Positions 24,598 through 35,366 of a stretch of 64,000 bases of DNA are shown in pieces (the first letter of the stretch is position 1; each line of letters opens with the position of its first letter). Source of the DNA: an uncultured Verrucomicrobiae bacterium. GTDB taxonomy: Bacteria > Verrucomicrobiota > Verrucomicrobiia > Chthoniobacterales > Terrimicrobiaceae. The notes beneath the pieces are model-generated. The model was not told where the DNA came from and did not search any database. It saw only the letters and a program-made list of their open reading frames with translations. The translations under genes and the position numbers were made by a program. Location of the stretch: NCBI GenBank assembly GCA_963706955.1, contig CAVPOC010000008.1:544001-608000 (forward strand), given 5' to 3'.

Positions 24598-26568
24598 ATG
24601 AACAATCCCGTCCTCTCCTTCCTCGCGCCAGGCATCGGCTTTTGGATGCGCAGCGATTCGGTTCTCCGCTGGAGGATTGTTTTCGGGGCTCTGGTCGGTG
24701 CGATTGTCATTGCTTTACTGGTGACAACCAAGCCGTGGGTGGCGGTCACCGAGATTCGCGGCAAGACGGATACCCTGGACTACGTCCGCATCTACGGATG
24801 GATTGCAGGCGCCATCAACGTCGTTCTTTTGACGTTCCTAATCATCCTTTGTCCTTGGTGGGCAAAATTACGAGACCTCACGCCCAATTCCGGCGCCTCG
24901 GTGGAAGGATCTGCCACGCCTCGATGGTTCTGGCCTTTGGTAATCGTTGCCATGGCAACAACCTTCTTCTACAGCCTGCCCCGAATGACGCATGGGTTTT
25001 GGGACGACGAGGAGCTGAACGTCCGCACCACTCTCTGGGGAAAGTTCAAATCAAACAAGAAGACCGGCGAGGTGGAATTCGTCCGGTTCGATTGGCTGGA
25101 GACCATCTACGGTTACAGCAAGGGGCCTAACACTCATACTCTCTTCAGCATCCTGTCGCGTGCATGCGAGGAGACTTGGAATCTTATCGCCAAGCCAAAA
25201 GGTTTTCCGGTGGTCGAGTGGCCGTTTCGTGTGCCGGCACTCGTTTTTGGCATTTTGGCAATCGCGGCCTTCGCCTGGTTGCTCAGAGACTTCGGAATGC
25301 CAGCCACCGGGGTGGTGGCGGCGTGGCTGCTTGCCGTTCACCCCTGGAGTATTCGTTATGCCAGCGAAGCGCGAGGATATAGCTTCGTCATCTTGATCGT
25401 TCCGGCTCTGTTTGTGTTTTGGCGAAGAGCGATGGTGATCGGGTCCTGGCGTTGGTGGAGCGCTTATGCTCTCGCTGAGTTTTTGCTTTTTTATTGTTAT
25501 CCGGGTTCCGCATTCATCTTGATCGTGCTCAACCTCCTGACGCTGGGACTTCTTGCGGCGGCCCCCGGCTGTGCGGAGCCGCGCTTTGCGCAAGCCGGTC
25601 GCTGGTTTTGCGTGAATGCCCTAGCAGCTATGCTCACGCTTCAGTTCATGCTGCCCCTCTATCCGCAAGCGAAGCTCTATTTCGATTTTGTCTCCTCGCA
25701 GGGATTCGTCTCCGGTGGGCAATGGGTTCGCAATACTGTTGCTTACATGGTCGGCGGAGGTCCCTGGACGAAAAGCGGCGAGCCATGGGCCGGCTACCCG
25801 GAGTGGCTGGCGCGCTACGTCGAGCACCCGGTTATTTTCGTGGCGGCGGCATCGTTGGCCCTCACACTCGTCGTGGTCGGTGCTTTTCGGCTGCTTTGGC
25901 GAAGCTGGCCCTCGGCAACGTTCGTCTTTGTCATGGCGATTTGCCCGCCGATTACTTTTACGGTCGCGTTCTTCAAGAAATTCCTGCTCTACGAAAACTA
26001 CGTCATCTACTCACTGCCGGGCGTGATCGTTTGTGCTGCTGCCGGACTTACGTTGGTGGCATCTTTGCTGGCCAAACTTTCCGGGAAGCAGACCGTCGGG
26101 TGGATTTTTACGGGATCCCTCCTCTTGGGCTACTTCGTTTTCACAAACTCATTTCGGCGATGGCTGGTCGAGAACCCGCTGCAGCAAATCCGAGAGTCTG
26201 TGATCTACTCACGCGGCACGCTCGATCCAGCGGCGGCCGAACAAAAGAATATCAGGACGGCCAGCTTCTGCATTCCGCCGTATCTTTACGATGCTCACAT
26301 GGAGCGACTCGATTCCGCCGGCGGCTTCATTGCCGCACTGCAACGTTCAGACGAGGACGGAATTCCCCTCTTCGTCAACATTGGCATGCCCTGGGCCGCA
26401 CGTGAATACAGCCCGCAGATGTGGACGCTATTCAACAACCAGGATCTCTTTGAGGAACCTGTCCATCTGCGCGGATTCGAACCAAGCCTCGACCGGCTCG
26501 TCGCCAAATATAAGGCCCACAGTGCGCAAACGTTTGATTTTAGCCGCTACAGCCTCGACCAGCGCTAG
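24598..26568 (+). CDS. Multi-TM GT-C-type glycosyltransferase (PMT/GT39-like)
   Basis: FWDDE, RVPALVFG, YASEARGY motifs; many TM helices. Confidence 0.7.
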   Translation: MNNPVLSFLAPGIGFWMRSDSVLRWRIVFGALVGAIVIALLVTTKPWVAVTEIRGKTDTLDYVRIYGWIAGAINVVLLTFLIILCPWWAKLRDLTPNSGASVEGSATPRWFWPLVIVAMATTFFYSLPRMTHGFWDDEELNVRTTLWGKFKSNKKTGEVEFVRFDWLETIYGYSKGPNTHTLFSILSRACEETWNLIAKPKGFPVVEWPFRVPALVFGILAIAAFAWLLRDFGMPATGVVAAWLLAVHPWSIRYASEARGYSFVILIVPALFVFWRRAMVIGSWRWWSAYALAEFLLFYCYPGSAFILIVLNLLTLGLLAAAPGCAEPRFAQAGRWFCVNALAAMLTLQFMLPLYPQAKLYFDFVSSQGFVSGGQWVRNTVAYMVGGGPWTKSGEPWAGYPEWLARYVEHPVIFVAAASLALTLVVVGAFRLLWRSWPSATFVFVMAICPPITFTVAFFKKFLLYENYVIYSLPGVIVCAAAGLTLVASLLAKLSGKQTVGWIFTGSLLLGYFVFTNSFRRWLVENPLQQIRESVIYSRGTLDPAAAEQKNIRTASFCIPPYLYDAHMERLDSAGGFIAALQRSDEDGIPLFVNIGMPWAAREYSPQMWTLFNNQDLFEEPVHLRGFEPSLDRLVAKYKAHSAQTFDFSRYSLDQR

Positions 26569-26620
26569 CTAGAGTGCTTGGTCCCGTGGACGACATTGCT
26601 CACCCGCGCGGACGGCAAGA

Positions 26621-27340
26621 TCAGTCGGCCGCACGGAAGAGTGATGCCAGCAAACGTGCGATGCGCAAAGCATTCGGAGAATCGGCGTGAACACAGACCG
26701 TCTGGGCATCGAGCACCAGTAGCGTTCCGTCGATGGTGGAGACCGCGCCGCTCGCTCGGAATGTTTCCATTTGCCCCCTGATCTTCAGCCAGTCGGTGAG
26801 AACCGCACCCGGCTGGCTGCGCGGGACCAACTCACCCTGCGGGGTGTAGGCGCGATCCGAAAACAGTTCACCCCAAGCCTGGACGCCACAACGCCTGGCC
26901 GCGCCTATAAGCTCACCACGAGGAGAAGCAATAAGTCGGGTGCCAGGGAAACGCTCTTTGACGAAGGCGGCATAAACACTTGCCAAATCCTTGTCTCGTT
27001 CAACGACATGATAGAGTGCGCCGTGGAGCTTGATATGTGCAATCGGAATCCCCTCCGCTCGAGCTAGCGAGACGAGTTTTCCGACTTGAGATGAGATGAG
27101 CGCCCGCAATCGCGCCCGCGAGACTGCTTCTTCTTTGCGCCCAAAATTTTCGCGATCGTCGAATCCGGGATGTGCGCCCGCATTCACCCCAAGGTGATGA
27201 CATAGCTTCAGGCAGGCTCGCATGGTTCGCTCACCGCCCGCATGCGCGCCGCAGGCGATGTTGGCAGAGCTAACCCATCGTAAAATCTGGCGAGTTCGGG
27301 CCGCAGGCTCGCCCTCCCCAAGATCGCAGTTGATGTCCAC
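26621..27340 (-). CDS. pxpA: 5-oxoprolinase subunit A (LamB/YcsF)
   Basis: DINCDLGE, ANIACGAHAG, GAHPG, HIKLHGALY, CVHAD. Confidence 0.93.
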   Translation of the reverse strand: MDINCDLGEGEPAARTRQILRWVSSANIACGAHAGGERTMRACLKLCHHLGVNAGAHPGFDDRENFGRKEEAVSRARLRALISSQVGKLVSLARAEGIPIAHIKLHGALYHVVERDKDLASVYAAFVKERFPGTRLIASPRGELIGAARRCGVQAWGELFSDRAYTPQGELVPRSQPGAVLTDWLKIRGQMETFRASGAVSTIDGTLLVLDAQTVCVHADSPNALRIARLLASLFRAAD

Positions 27341-28198
27341 TTACTCGGCCAGCGCAAAGCGAACACACGTTCCCGGAGCGCACTGGGTGAATCGAGATAC
27401 CCCCGAGGCATCCAGGATCGCCAGGCGCGGGTAACCACCTACTGTCGGTCCATCGCGGAGCAGCACGATTGGCTGGCCATTCGGGGGAATCTGGATTGCT
27501 CCAACAGCGACAGGCGCGCTGGGCATCCGTAGCCGCGACTCTAGGGCGATACCCTCGAGGCGATAGCCCGCCCGGTCACTCTGGGAGGATACCCGCCACG
27601 TTTGCCGTAAAAACTCACGCCGTGCTTCTTCGGTAAAGCCGTCCCACTCGGGACCGGGCCAAACCCGAAGGACGGGAGTTTGTGCGTATTCCTCCCGCAC
27701 CAACTCGGGCACAAAGCGCGAAGAGATCTCTTCGGATAGTAGCTTCTTCTCGCATGACAATCGAGCGCCGGGCTGGACGGCCTCGCCAAAGCCCGCGCGC
27801 AGATTCGCACTCGCGCTTCCAAACCATCTCGAAGCCGCAAAACCACCCCTGACGGCAAGATAACTCCATACCCCGGCACGGAGCGGCCCGAAAGAAATTT
27901 CACTGCCCGGTTCAACGTGAAAATTTCTCCAGGTGGGCCATTCGCACTCGACCTCCGCCCCAGCAATGGCCAACTCGGAAGAGCTCAGCACGAGGAATTT
28001 TGCCCCGGTGAACAGCAGCTCGACAACAGGCGCTCCCGCGCTGTTGCCCACCAACAAATTTGCCTGTCGCGCCGACTCGAGGTCCATCGCGCCGCCGGGC
28101 GGTATTCCGAAACGCTTCCAACCGCTTCTTCCAAGATCTTGAATCGTCATCCCCGCGCCGACTGCCAAAACCTCAAGAATAGGAGTTTCGGAGTCCAT
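27341..28198 (-). CDS. pxpC: 5-oxoprolinase subunit C
   Basis: TIQDLGR, GGAMD, SDRAGYRL, GAIQIPPNGQP, GGYP. Confidence 0.9.
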   Translation of the reverse strand: MDSETPILEVLAVGAGMTIQDLGRSGWKRFGIPPGGAMDLESARQANLLVGNSAGAPVVELLFTGAKFLVLSSSELAIAGAEVECEWPTWRNFHVEPGSEISFGPLRAGVWSYLAVRGGFAASRWFGSASANLRAGFGEAVQPGARLSCEKKLLSEEISSRFVPELVREEYAQTPVLRVWPGPEWDGFTEEARREFLRQTWRVSSQSDRAGYRLEGIALESRLRMPSAPVAVGAIQIPPNGQPIVLLRDGPTVGGYPRLAILDASGVSRFTQCAPGTCVRFALAE

Positions 28199-28212
28199 CA
28201 CGGGCACCTTTC

Positions 28213-28884
28213 TCAGTGACTCAACTCTTCCACCGGCAAAAACTTCACGGAATCGCCTTGTCGAAGGAGGAACGCGTCCGCACTTCCACCATCGCGCGCC
28301 TTCTCGGCCGAGAAAATTTCCGCGTTCGTTCGTCCGAGCAGCCACCACCCGCCGGGCGAGGCGATGCTGTAAATTCCTGTGTGCTCGCCCCCGATCGCCA
28401 CCGACCCGGCAGGCACCTGTGGCCGAGGATGGTCAAGTCTCGGTGCGTGTAAGCGGACGTCCAAGGGCCCTAGATAGGGAAACCCCGGTGAAAACCCGAT
28501 CAGGAAGACGCTATAGATGGGAGCGGTATGCAATTCTATGACATTCGAAACCGAAAGCGTATTGCGCCGCGCGAACTCCTCTAGATCAGGACCGTCATAG
28601 CAGACGGGAATCTCGAAAACCGGCGCTTCTTCCACGGGGTGTGCGCGTGCGGCTTTTAGCAATTGGTGAACTGTGTCGAATTGGTCCGAAGCATGTTCTG
28701 GATCGTCAAATTCCAAGAGCAGCGAGCAGTAGGCGGGCGTCACGTCCACGAGCCCCTCAAGACGATTCTCTTGAAAGGAACTGAGTAGGCCGCGGCATCG
28801 GGCCAGCGATTCAAGATCGACCTTCTGCGCAAACGCGACTAGCAAGGCGACCGGTCCAAATCTGGAGACCACGACATCGTCCAT
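28213..28884 (-). CDS. pxpB: 5-oxoprolinase subunit B
   Basis: IPVCYDGPDL, GFSPGFPYL, GSVAIGG, SPGGWWLLGRT. Confidence 0.9.
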   Translation of the reverse strand: MDDVVVSRFGPVALLVAFAQKVDLESLARCRGLLSSFQENRLEGLVDVTPAYCSLLLEFDDPEHASDQFDTVHQLLKAARAHPVEEAPVFEIPVCYDGPDLEEFARRNTLSVSNVIELHTAPIYSVFLIGFSPGFPYLGPLDVRLHAPRLDHPRPQVPAGSVAIGGEHTGIYSIASPGGWWLLGRTNAEIFSAEKARDGGSADAFLLRQGDSVKFLPVEELSH

Positions 28885-29088
28885 CAGGAGGTCCGCAACC
28901 CGTTCAGAGTGCAAAAAGATACAGCCCGCCGCAACGAATGTTGCGACGGGCTGTTGTTCCCCCCAGAACAATCTTTAATGTTCACAACGATATCGAGCCC
29001 TCTCGGTTCCGCAAGCACTTTTTCAAGTTATTTCGGCGTTGGCTGTTTAAAAGGCCGGGTCGAAGGGCGATAAACGTGCCGAGAGGTC

Positions 29089-29571
29089 TCAGCCTAATTC
29101 GGAGAACACGCGGTGCGCGAGCAGAGTTTCTTGCTCAAAGTGGAAGAAGCCACGAATTCTCGAACCGGCTAGCAGGTCCGGTAACCAACGGATATCGTCG
29201 GCCCACATTTGATCATACGGAATCGCGTGCAGGGGTGTCCACATGGGAATTGCTTCGGCCGTTTCGATCGGCTCGCCAATACAATCCAAAGACACGAAAA
29301 CGCTGCAATGGAGACTATATCCATCGACAAACTGGAAGTGAAGCTCCCCGCGCAATTCGGGGGAGACGGGGACGATACCGAGTTCCTCACGCGTCTCCCG
29401 AACGGCCGCCTCGAGAGAAGACTCCCCGGCTTCGATTCGCCCACCTGGACCATTGATTTTTCCTGCACCGAGACCGCGCTTTTTGCGCATGAGCAGAATT
29501 TCTCCATTGCGAACCACAAAAAGCAATGTTGCGAATTCCTTTGGCCTCCAGTTGGCCCAATCGACCTCCAT
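29089..29571 (-). CDS. NUDIX hydrolase, 8-oxo-dGTP diphosphatase (MTH1-like)
   Basis: KKRGLGAGK, Nudix box GGRIEAGESSLEAAVRETREELG, MWADD. Confidence 0.9.
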   Translation of the reverse strand: MEVDWANWRPKEFATLLFVVRNGEILLMRKKRGLGAGKINGPGGRIEAGESSLEAAVRETREELGIVPVSPELRGELHFQFVDGYSLHCSVFVSLDCIGEPIETAEAIPMWTPLHAIPYDQMWADDIRWLPDLLAGSRIRGFFHFEQETLLAHRVFSELG

Positions 29572-29737
29572 CGAGAGCAGAGTCTAGCCGCCAAGCGCAA
29601 AAAGACAAACCTGCGATGGTCGGATTCGAGCAGCAAGTCGAGGTTCCAGGCGCGGGTCGGAGGGGCTGCAAATGGCAAAGACCTGTGGGGAGGATGCTGC
29701 CGAATGGCTCTTCCGGCAGCTCCTCCCCGATGATAAT

Positions 29738-30181
<444 letters not shown>

Positions 30182-30246
30182 TCATGATTGTCTAAATTAA
30201 GACATCCTGCCCGCTACACATTGCTTTTCTCTTCGACTCTGCTCTC

Positions 30247-31656
30247 TTGTTGGAGGCTGTGGATGGGATCGTTTTGAGGCAACTGAGAGAAGCGAGAAAG
30301 TGGCTCACGCTCCAGCAGTTCCTCCAATATGCTGTATGGACTTTGCTGGTCGCGCTGGGAGTGCTCGTGATCAGCCGAATGGGTCCACCACAGCTGCAAG
30401 CTTCTCTTCCCTGGATCGCCACGATTCTTACCTCGATAGCAATTGCCTTTGCGGGGGCACTCTGGCGGTGGAAATCGGTGCGAGTGGTCGCCAGAGAACT
30501 GGACGCGCGAGCAGGCACCAAAGATCGCTTCCTCACCGCACTTGACCTGCCGACAATCGAAGAGAGCCTGCTCTCGGACGCAGCACGCCGGGAGACTTCC
30601 AGATTTGCAGCGAGATTGCGGGTCGGCGATTACTTGCGTCCAAGGCTGCCTTGGCGAAACGCCTTGTGGCTGCTGCTGCCACTGGCGGCACTCGGCCTCA
30701 TCGAGGGATTGAAGGAGTGGCGCGCTGGGCAACTTGCTCCAGAGCTTGCAAGTGCCCGCCAATTACTGGAGCAAGTCCGCGAAATCGCGGAGCGTCAGGC
30801 AGAAGTTGATCGGGAGTTTAACGACGTTGCCGAGAAGCTCAAGGAAACCGAGCAAGAGCTCGCGGCATCCTCCGAACCGCTCCGAGAAGCTCTCCGAACC
30901 CTCGCCGAACTTGAGGAGAGACTTTCGCGGCCCTCGGAATTGAGCGAAGCAGAGAGAAGCGCCGTTGCGGACGCCCTCGCCCAAAATCACGCAGAGCTCG
31001 CCTCCGATCTGCGAGCCGGCAGGAATGCCGAGGCAGCGCGAACAGTCGCACAGTTGGATCCGGCTGAACTGGCGAAGGCTCTGGAACAAGCCGCACGTCA
31101 TTTGGAGTCAAGACGCCTTCGCGAGCTCGCCAACGAGGAAGGTCAAATAGTTCAGGTTCAGCTCGGGATGATGCTCGGCGCCTCAGGCGAACTCGGCAAG
31201 GAAGATGGTCGCCGTCAGTTCGTCGCAACTTTGCGGGAAATGAAGACAGGGTTGACGAGCGCTGCTGCTCAGGACGGTCAAAAAGGTGCGGGTTTTAATC
31301 CCTCGCAGCATGGAGATAAATCCCCGCCATCCGGCGCGGAGCAATCGCAACCGGCGGGTGCGCCCGGCTCGGAAATGGACCTTGGCCGTGGCGCCGAGTT
31401 GGGGGAAGAAGCCGAGCCTATAGTTGCGCAAGAAGGGAGTGAAGATTTCCTTGAAGGCGAGATCGGCGAAGGCGCCTCGCTCGTCCAGCTCTTCCGCGCG
31501 GCCGGCGGCGATGATCCAGAGGCCCGACGTGCCTACCGCTCGGCTTATCAAGTCGCCGCTCCCGCGGCTCTTGACGCCGTAAATCAGGAGAACATCCCAG
31601 CCGGATCCCGTCTTCTCGTGCGACGCTATTTCGAATCCATTCGCCCAAAGGAATAA
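30247..31656 (+). CDS. Membrane-anchored coiled-coil hypothetical protein (MoxR-associated)
   Basis: Three TM helices, helical region, C-terminal IPAGSRLLVRRYF; adjacent to MoxR. Confidence 0.7.
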   Translation: MLEAVDGIVLRQLREARKWLTLQQFLQYAVWTLLVALGVLVISRMGPPQLQASLPWIATILTSIAIAFAGALWRWKSVRVVARELDARAGTKDRFLTALDLPTIEESLLSDAARRETSRFAARLRVGDYLRPRLPWRNALWLLLPLAALGLIEGLKEWRAGQLAPELASARQLLEQVREIAERQAEVDREFNDVAEKLKETEQELAASSEPLREALRTLAELEERLSRPSELSEAERSAVADALAQNHAELASDLRAGRNAEAARTVAQLDPAELAKALEQAARHLESRRLRELANEEGQIVQVQLGMMLGASGELGKEDGRRQFVATLREMKTGLTSAAAQDGQKGAGFNPSQHGDKSPPSGAEQSQPAGAPGSEMDLGRGAELGEEAEPIVAQEGSEDFLEGEIGEGASLVQLFRAAGGDDPEARRAYRSAYQVAAPAALDAVNQENIPAGSRLLVRRYFESIRPKE

Positions 31657-31658
31657 CC

Positions 31659-32678
31659 ATGCACGTTGCGCCAGCCAGTAGTCAGATTTCAGAATCCATC
31701 AGTGAGGAGTATGAGACGCGCGCGGGGGAGTTCCGCGAAGCTTTCGAGCGCTTGCGCACGGAGATGGGCAAGATTCTTGTTGGTCAGGTAGACGTCATTC
31801 ACAGCGTGCTGACGGCGTTTTTTGCCGAAGGCCATGCCCTGCTTGAGGGAGCGCCAGGCTTGGGAAAGACCGCAATCGTTCGAACCTTGGCAGCCGCCGC
31901 CGGACTGAGATTTTCCCGGATCCAGTTCACGCCCGACCTAATGCCCTCGGACATAATCGGAACGAATCTCATCGTCGAGGACCAGCACGGCACCAAGCGC
32001 TTCCAGTTCGAACCAGGCCCAATTTTCGCGAATATCATTCTTGCGGACGAAGTGAACCGCGCCACCCCAAAAACACAAAGCGCTCTCCTCGAAGCCATGC
32101 AGGAAAGGCACGTTACAATTGCGGGACAACAGCACCGCATGCCGAGGCCGTTCCTGGTGCTGGCGACTCAAAATCCCATCGAGATGGAGGGCACCTATCC
32201 ACTCCCTGAAGCTCAACTCGACCGGTTCTTGCTGAAGCTTAGCGTTCAGTATCCCGGCGCTGACGAACTCCATGAAATTCTGAATCGCACGACCCGCGAA
32301 CACTTCCCTACGATTTCCACCGTTCCACTCGAAAGTCTCGACAGTCTGCGCGAACTTGTTCGCGCCGTTCCGGTAGTTCGCGAAATTGAAGCGAGGGCGG
32401 TGCAACTGGTCCTCGCCACGCATCCCGAGCGCCCGGAAGCTGTGCCGCTGGCGAAAAAGTTCGTCCGCTATGGGGCGAGCCCGCGCGGTGCCCAAGCCCT
32501 CATACTGTGCGCAAAAGTTAGCGCACTACTCGATGGCCGCTTTCACGTCGCCAAAGAAGACATCGACGTGTGGGCATTGCCCGCCCTGAGGCACCGGCTC
32601 ATAATTAACTTTGAAGGCGAAGCGGAGGGAATCACTGCGGAGCGCGTCGTGGCCGAGGCACTTGCCTTGCCTAAGTAG
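31659..32678 (+). CDS. MoxR-family AAA+ ATPase
   Basis: GAPGLGKT, RIQFTPDLMPSD, DEVNRA, ATQNPIE, EAQLDRF. Confidence 0.95.
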   Translation: MHVAPASSQISESISEEYETRAGEFREAFERLRTEMGKILVGQVDVIHSVLTAFFAEGHALLEGAPGLGKTAIVRTLAAAAGLRFSRIQFTPDLMPSDIIGTNLIVEDQHGTKRFQFEPGPIFANIILADEVNRATPKTQSALLEAMQERHVTIAGQQHRMPRPFLVLATQNPIEMEGTYPLPEAQLDRFLLKLSVQYPGADELHEILNRTTREHFPTISTVPLESLDSLRELVRAVPVVREIEARAVQLVLATHPERPEAVPLAKKFVRYGASPRGAQALILCAKVSALLDGRFHVAKEDIDVWALPALRHRLIINFEGEAEGITAERVVAEALALPK

Positions 32679-32777
32679 GCATAGCTTTCACGATAGGCGC
32701 CTGAACGCCACCGGACCGCGAGAGAGGCCATTTGCGGTCGGCCGCAAATCCATCCGGCTTGAGTGCGCTTGGAAACG

Positions 32778-32807
32778 AAAACGCCGCCCGTTTGGGGCGG
32801 CGTTTTT
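32778..32807. terminator. Bidirectional intrinsic terminator
   Basis: AAAACGCCGCCC-loop-GGGCGGCGTTTTT between convergent genes. Confidence 0.8.
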
Positions 32808-32830
32808 GGCGCAGAGTGCTAACCCGAAAG

Positions 32831-33844
32831 TCAGTTCGTCGGCACCGTGGCGATCGTTTGAAGGATCCGGCTGGCGACCTTGTAGGGGTCAGCCGCAGAA
32901 TTCGGACGACGATCCTCGAGGTATCCCCGATATCCGCTGTTAACGAAGCTATGCGGAATACGGATTGATGCTCCGCGATTGCCGACGCCGTAGTTGAACT
33001 TGTCTATCGACTGAGTCTCGTGCAGTCCAGTCAGACGCAAGTGGTTGTCAGGACCATAGACGGCGATGTGCTCATTGCGATACTTCTCGAAGGTCTCCAT
33101 GAGTTTCTCAAAGTATTCCTTTCCGCCGACTTCGCGCAGATGCTTGGTGGAAAAGTTGCAGTGCATTCCCGAACCATTCCAATCGCCGCGAATGGGCTTG
33201 CAATGGAGTTCGAGGTCCACGCCGTAAGTCTCCCCAAGGCGTGCCATCAGATACCGGGCAACCCAGACGTCGTCCGCGGCTTTCCTGGATCCTTTGCCGA
33301 AAATCTGGAATTCCCACTGTCCCTTGGCTACCTCCGCATTAATTCCCTCATGTCCAACGCCGGCGTAGAGACACAGATCGAGATGCTTGTTGACAATGTC
33401 ACGGGCAAGCTCTCCCACGTAGGAATAACCTACCCCTGTGTAGTATTGGCCCTGCGGAGGAGGAAACCCGTCATTCGGGAATCCGAGCGGTCGGCCGTCC
33501 TTTAAGAGGAAATACTCTTGCTCGAAGCCGAACCAGGCGTCGGGATCATCAAAAATTGTCGCCCGTGAATTACTTGGGTGAGGACTGCCATCAGGCCAGA
33601 GCACCTCTGACATAACGATGGCGCCGTTCGGCCTGGTCGCGTCCGGATACACTCCCACCGGCTTGAGAACGCAATCGGAGGCACGTCCCTCCGCCTGCTT
33701 TGTTGAACTGCCATCAAATCCCCAGTTCGGCACCTGCTCCAAGGTGGGAAAACTCTCGAAGTCCTTTACCAGAGTCTTGCCTCGAATATTGGGAATCGGC
33801 TCATAGCCATCGAGCCAGATGTATTCCAATTTGTACTTCGCCAT
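32831..33844 (-). CDS. Glutamine synthetase, type II-like
   Basis: EYIWLDG, WGFDGSST, QWEFQ, DWNGSGMH, RLTGLHET, YLEDRRP; 337 aa. Confidence 0.93.
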   Translation of the reverse strand: MAKYKLEYIWLDGYEPIPNIRGKTLVKDFESFPTLEQVPNWGFDGSSTKQAEGRASDCVLKPVGVYPDATRPNGAIVMSEVLWPDGSPHPSNSRATIFDDPDAWFGFEQEYFLLKDGRPLGFPNDGFPPPQGQYYTGVGYSYVGELARDIVNKHLDLCLYAGVGHEGINAEVAKGQWEFQIFGKGSRKAADDVWVARYLMARLGETYGVDLELHCKPIRGDWNGSGMHCNFSTKHLREVGGKEYFEKLMETFEKYRNEHIAVYGPDNHLRLTGLHETQSIDKFNYGVGNRGASIRIPHSFVNSGYRGYLEDRRPNSAADPYKVASRILQTIATVPTN

Positions 33845-34128
33845 ATTGTCTTTGGTTGAATGTCTATTTTTGAGCGGATCCGCCTGCTGTCCACCGCATA
33901 CTGTTGATTTCTTCTGTCCTCGTGTCCCTTTCAGGCGTGTCGGAGACAAAAGCAGGAAGCATGCCACCTGCCAACAAAATGATGCTGAAGACCCTAGCCG
34001 ATTTACGCACCGTCAGAGACTAGCTATCCGACCCGGCGATGCAACTATTTCGCCATCGTGAAAGCGAGCTGGTTGATGCTTGCTTCGGAGCTTGCTCGGT
34101 CCTTCTGGTAGGCCATGTTGGCTCCAGC

Positions 34129-34599
34129 ATGAACGAGGTCAAGGATACGTTGAGGGCAAAGGTTCGCATCGGCTACGATGGGCGTGTTCATAAGACGTTT
34201 CGCGGACCGAAGGCCGATGAGCGCTTTGCCAATGAAGTCCGTGTGCTCCGGCATCTTGAAAGCCACGGATGCCCGTTCGTGCCAAGGCTTATTGAGATCC
34301 ATCCGGATGAACTCAAGATTGTCACAACCAACTGCGGGACACGTGTCGAGCATCTCGACGAGGACCGTGCCAAAGAGCTCTTTGCAGAGCTGGAACATTA
34401 TGGCGTCAGGCATGATGATGCCGAGGTAAGGAACGTAACTTACCGACAGTCCGACGGCCGCTTCTGCTTGATCGACTTCGAGTTTTCCACGATCCTTCCC
34501 GGCTTCGAAGAATCGAATGACGGACGGACAACGCATAATCCCGGCACAACTGCAGTGGTTCGGGTTGACGGACAAGGGCAAGATTCGACCGAACAATGA
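34129..34599 (+). CDS. Minimal protein-kinase-like protein
   Basis: VHK..NEVRVL, VPRL, HDDAEVRN catalytic-loop-like and LIDFE motifs. Confidence 0.7.
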   Translation: MNEVKDTLRAKVRIGYDGRVHKTFRGPKADERFANEVRVLRHLESHGCPFVPRLIEIHPDELKIVTTNCGTRVEHLDEDRAKELFAELEHYGVRHDDAEVRNVTYRQSDGRFCLIDFEFSTILPGFEESNDGRTTHNPGTTAVVRVDGQGQDSTEQ

Positions 34600-35356
34600 A
34601 GATTCCTTTCTTTGCCTTCAATTCGACGCTGTTGAGTTGCAATACCTGGGAAAGTACGGCCAAGCGCCCTCCCAAAACTGCGATTTCGTCTTTGCTGTAA
34701 GCGACGGGATGGGCGGCGCAATGGCTGGAGAGTTCGCCAGCCGAGTCACTGTTGATAAGGTCACGCGCCTCTTACCCCCGGCTTTCAAGCGATCCGCCGC
34801 TGGCCTACCGAATGATTTCGAGGACGTTCTCGACGAGTTGTTTGAAGAGATTCACCGCTCGCTGATGTTTCTCGGCTCCACAGACCCCGATTGCGCGGGA
34901 ATGGGAGCCACCCTGAGTATGTGCTGGTTCACACCGGGCTGGATGTATTTCGGACACATCGGAGACAGTCGGATCTACTATTTGCCAAAGGAGGAGGGAG
35001 GGATCAAACAAGTCAGCCACGATGACACCTATGCAGGCTGGCTCTTTCGCAACGCCAAGATCAGCGAATTCGAAGCACGCCAGCATCCTAGCCGTCACTC
35101 TCTGCAGCGAGCCCTCGGCGCCGACAATCAATTCGTCGATCCACAGGTGGGAGCCGTCGCTTGCGAACCCGGAGACCTTTTCCTTCTCTGCAGCGACGGC
35201 CTAGTCGACGGCCTCTTCGACTCTCAGATCCTCGACATCCTTTCGAGCTCCCAGCCGTTCGGAACGGGATCAAACCCGGCCGAACGCCTTGTCCGACAGG
35301 CTGTCTTGCAGGCTGGACGCGACAATACGACCGTCGTGGTCGTCGAGGTTCAATAA
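34517..35356 (+). CDS. PP2C-family Ser/Thr phosphatase
   Basis: RPNNED, VSDGMGG, HIGDSR, LCSDGL, GRDNTT. Confidence 0.93.
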   Translation: MTDGQRIIPAQLQWFGLTDKGKIRPNNEDSFLCLQFDAVELQYLGKYGQAPSQNCDFVFAVSDGMGGAMAGEFASRVTVDKVTRLLPPAFKRSAAGLPNDFEDVLDELFEEIHRSLMFLGSTDPDCAGMGATLSMCWFTPGWMYFGHIGDSRIYYLPKEEGGIKQVSHDDTYAGWLFRNAKISEFEARQHPSRHSLQRALGADNQFVDPQVGAVACEPGDLFLLCSDGLVDGLFDSQILDILSSSQPFGTGSNPAERLVRQAVLQAGRDNTTVVVVEVQ

Positions 35357-35366
35357 GAGAAATCCG

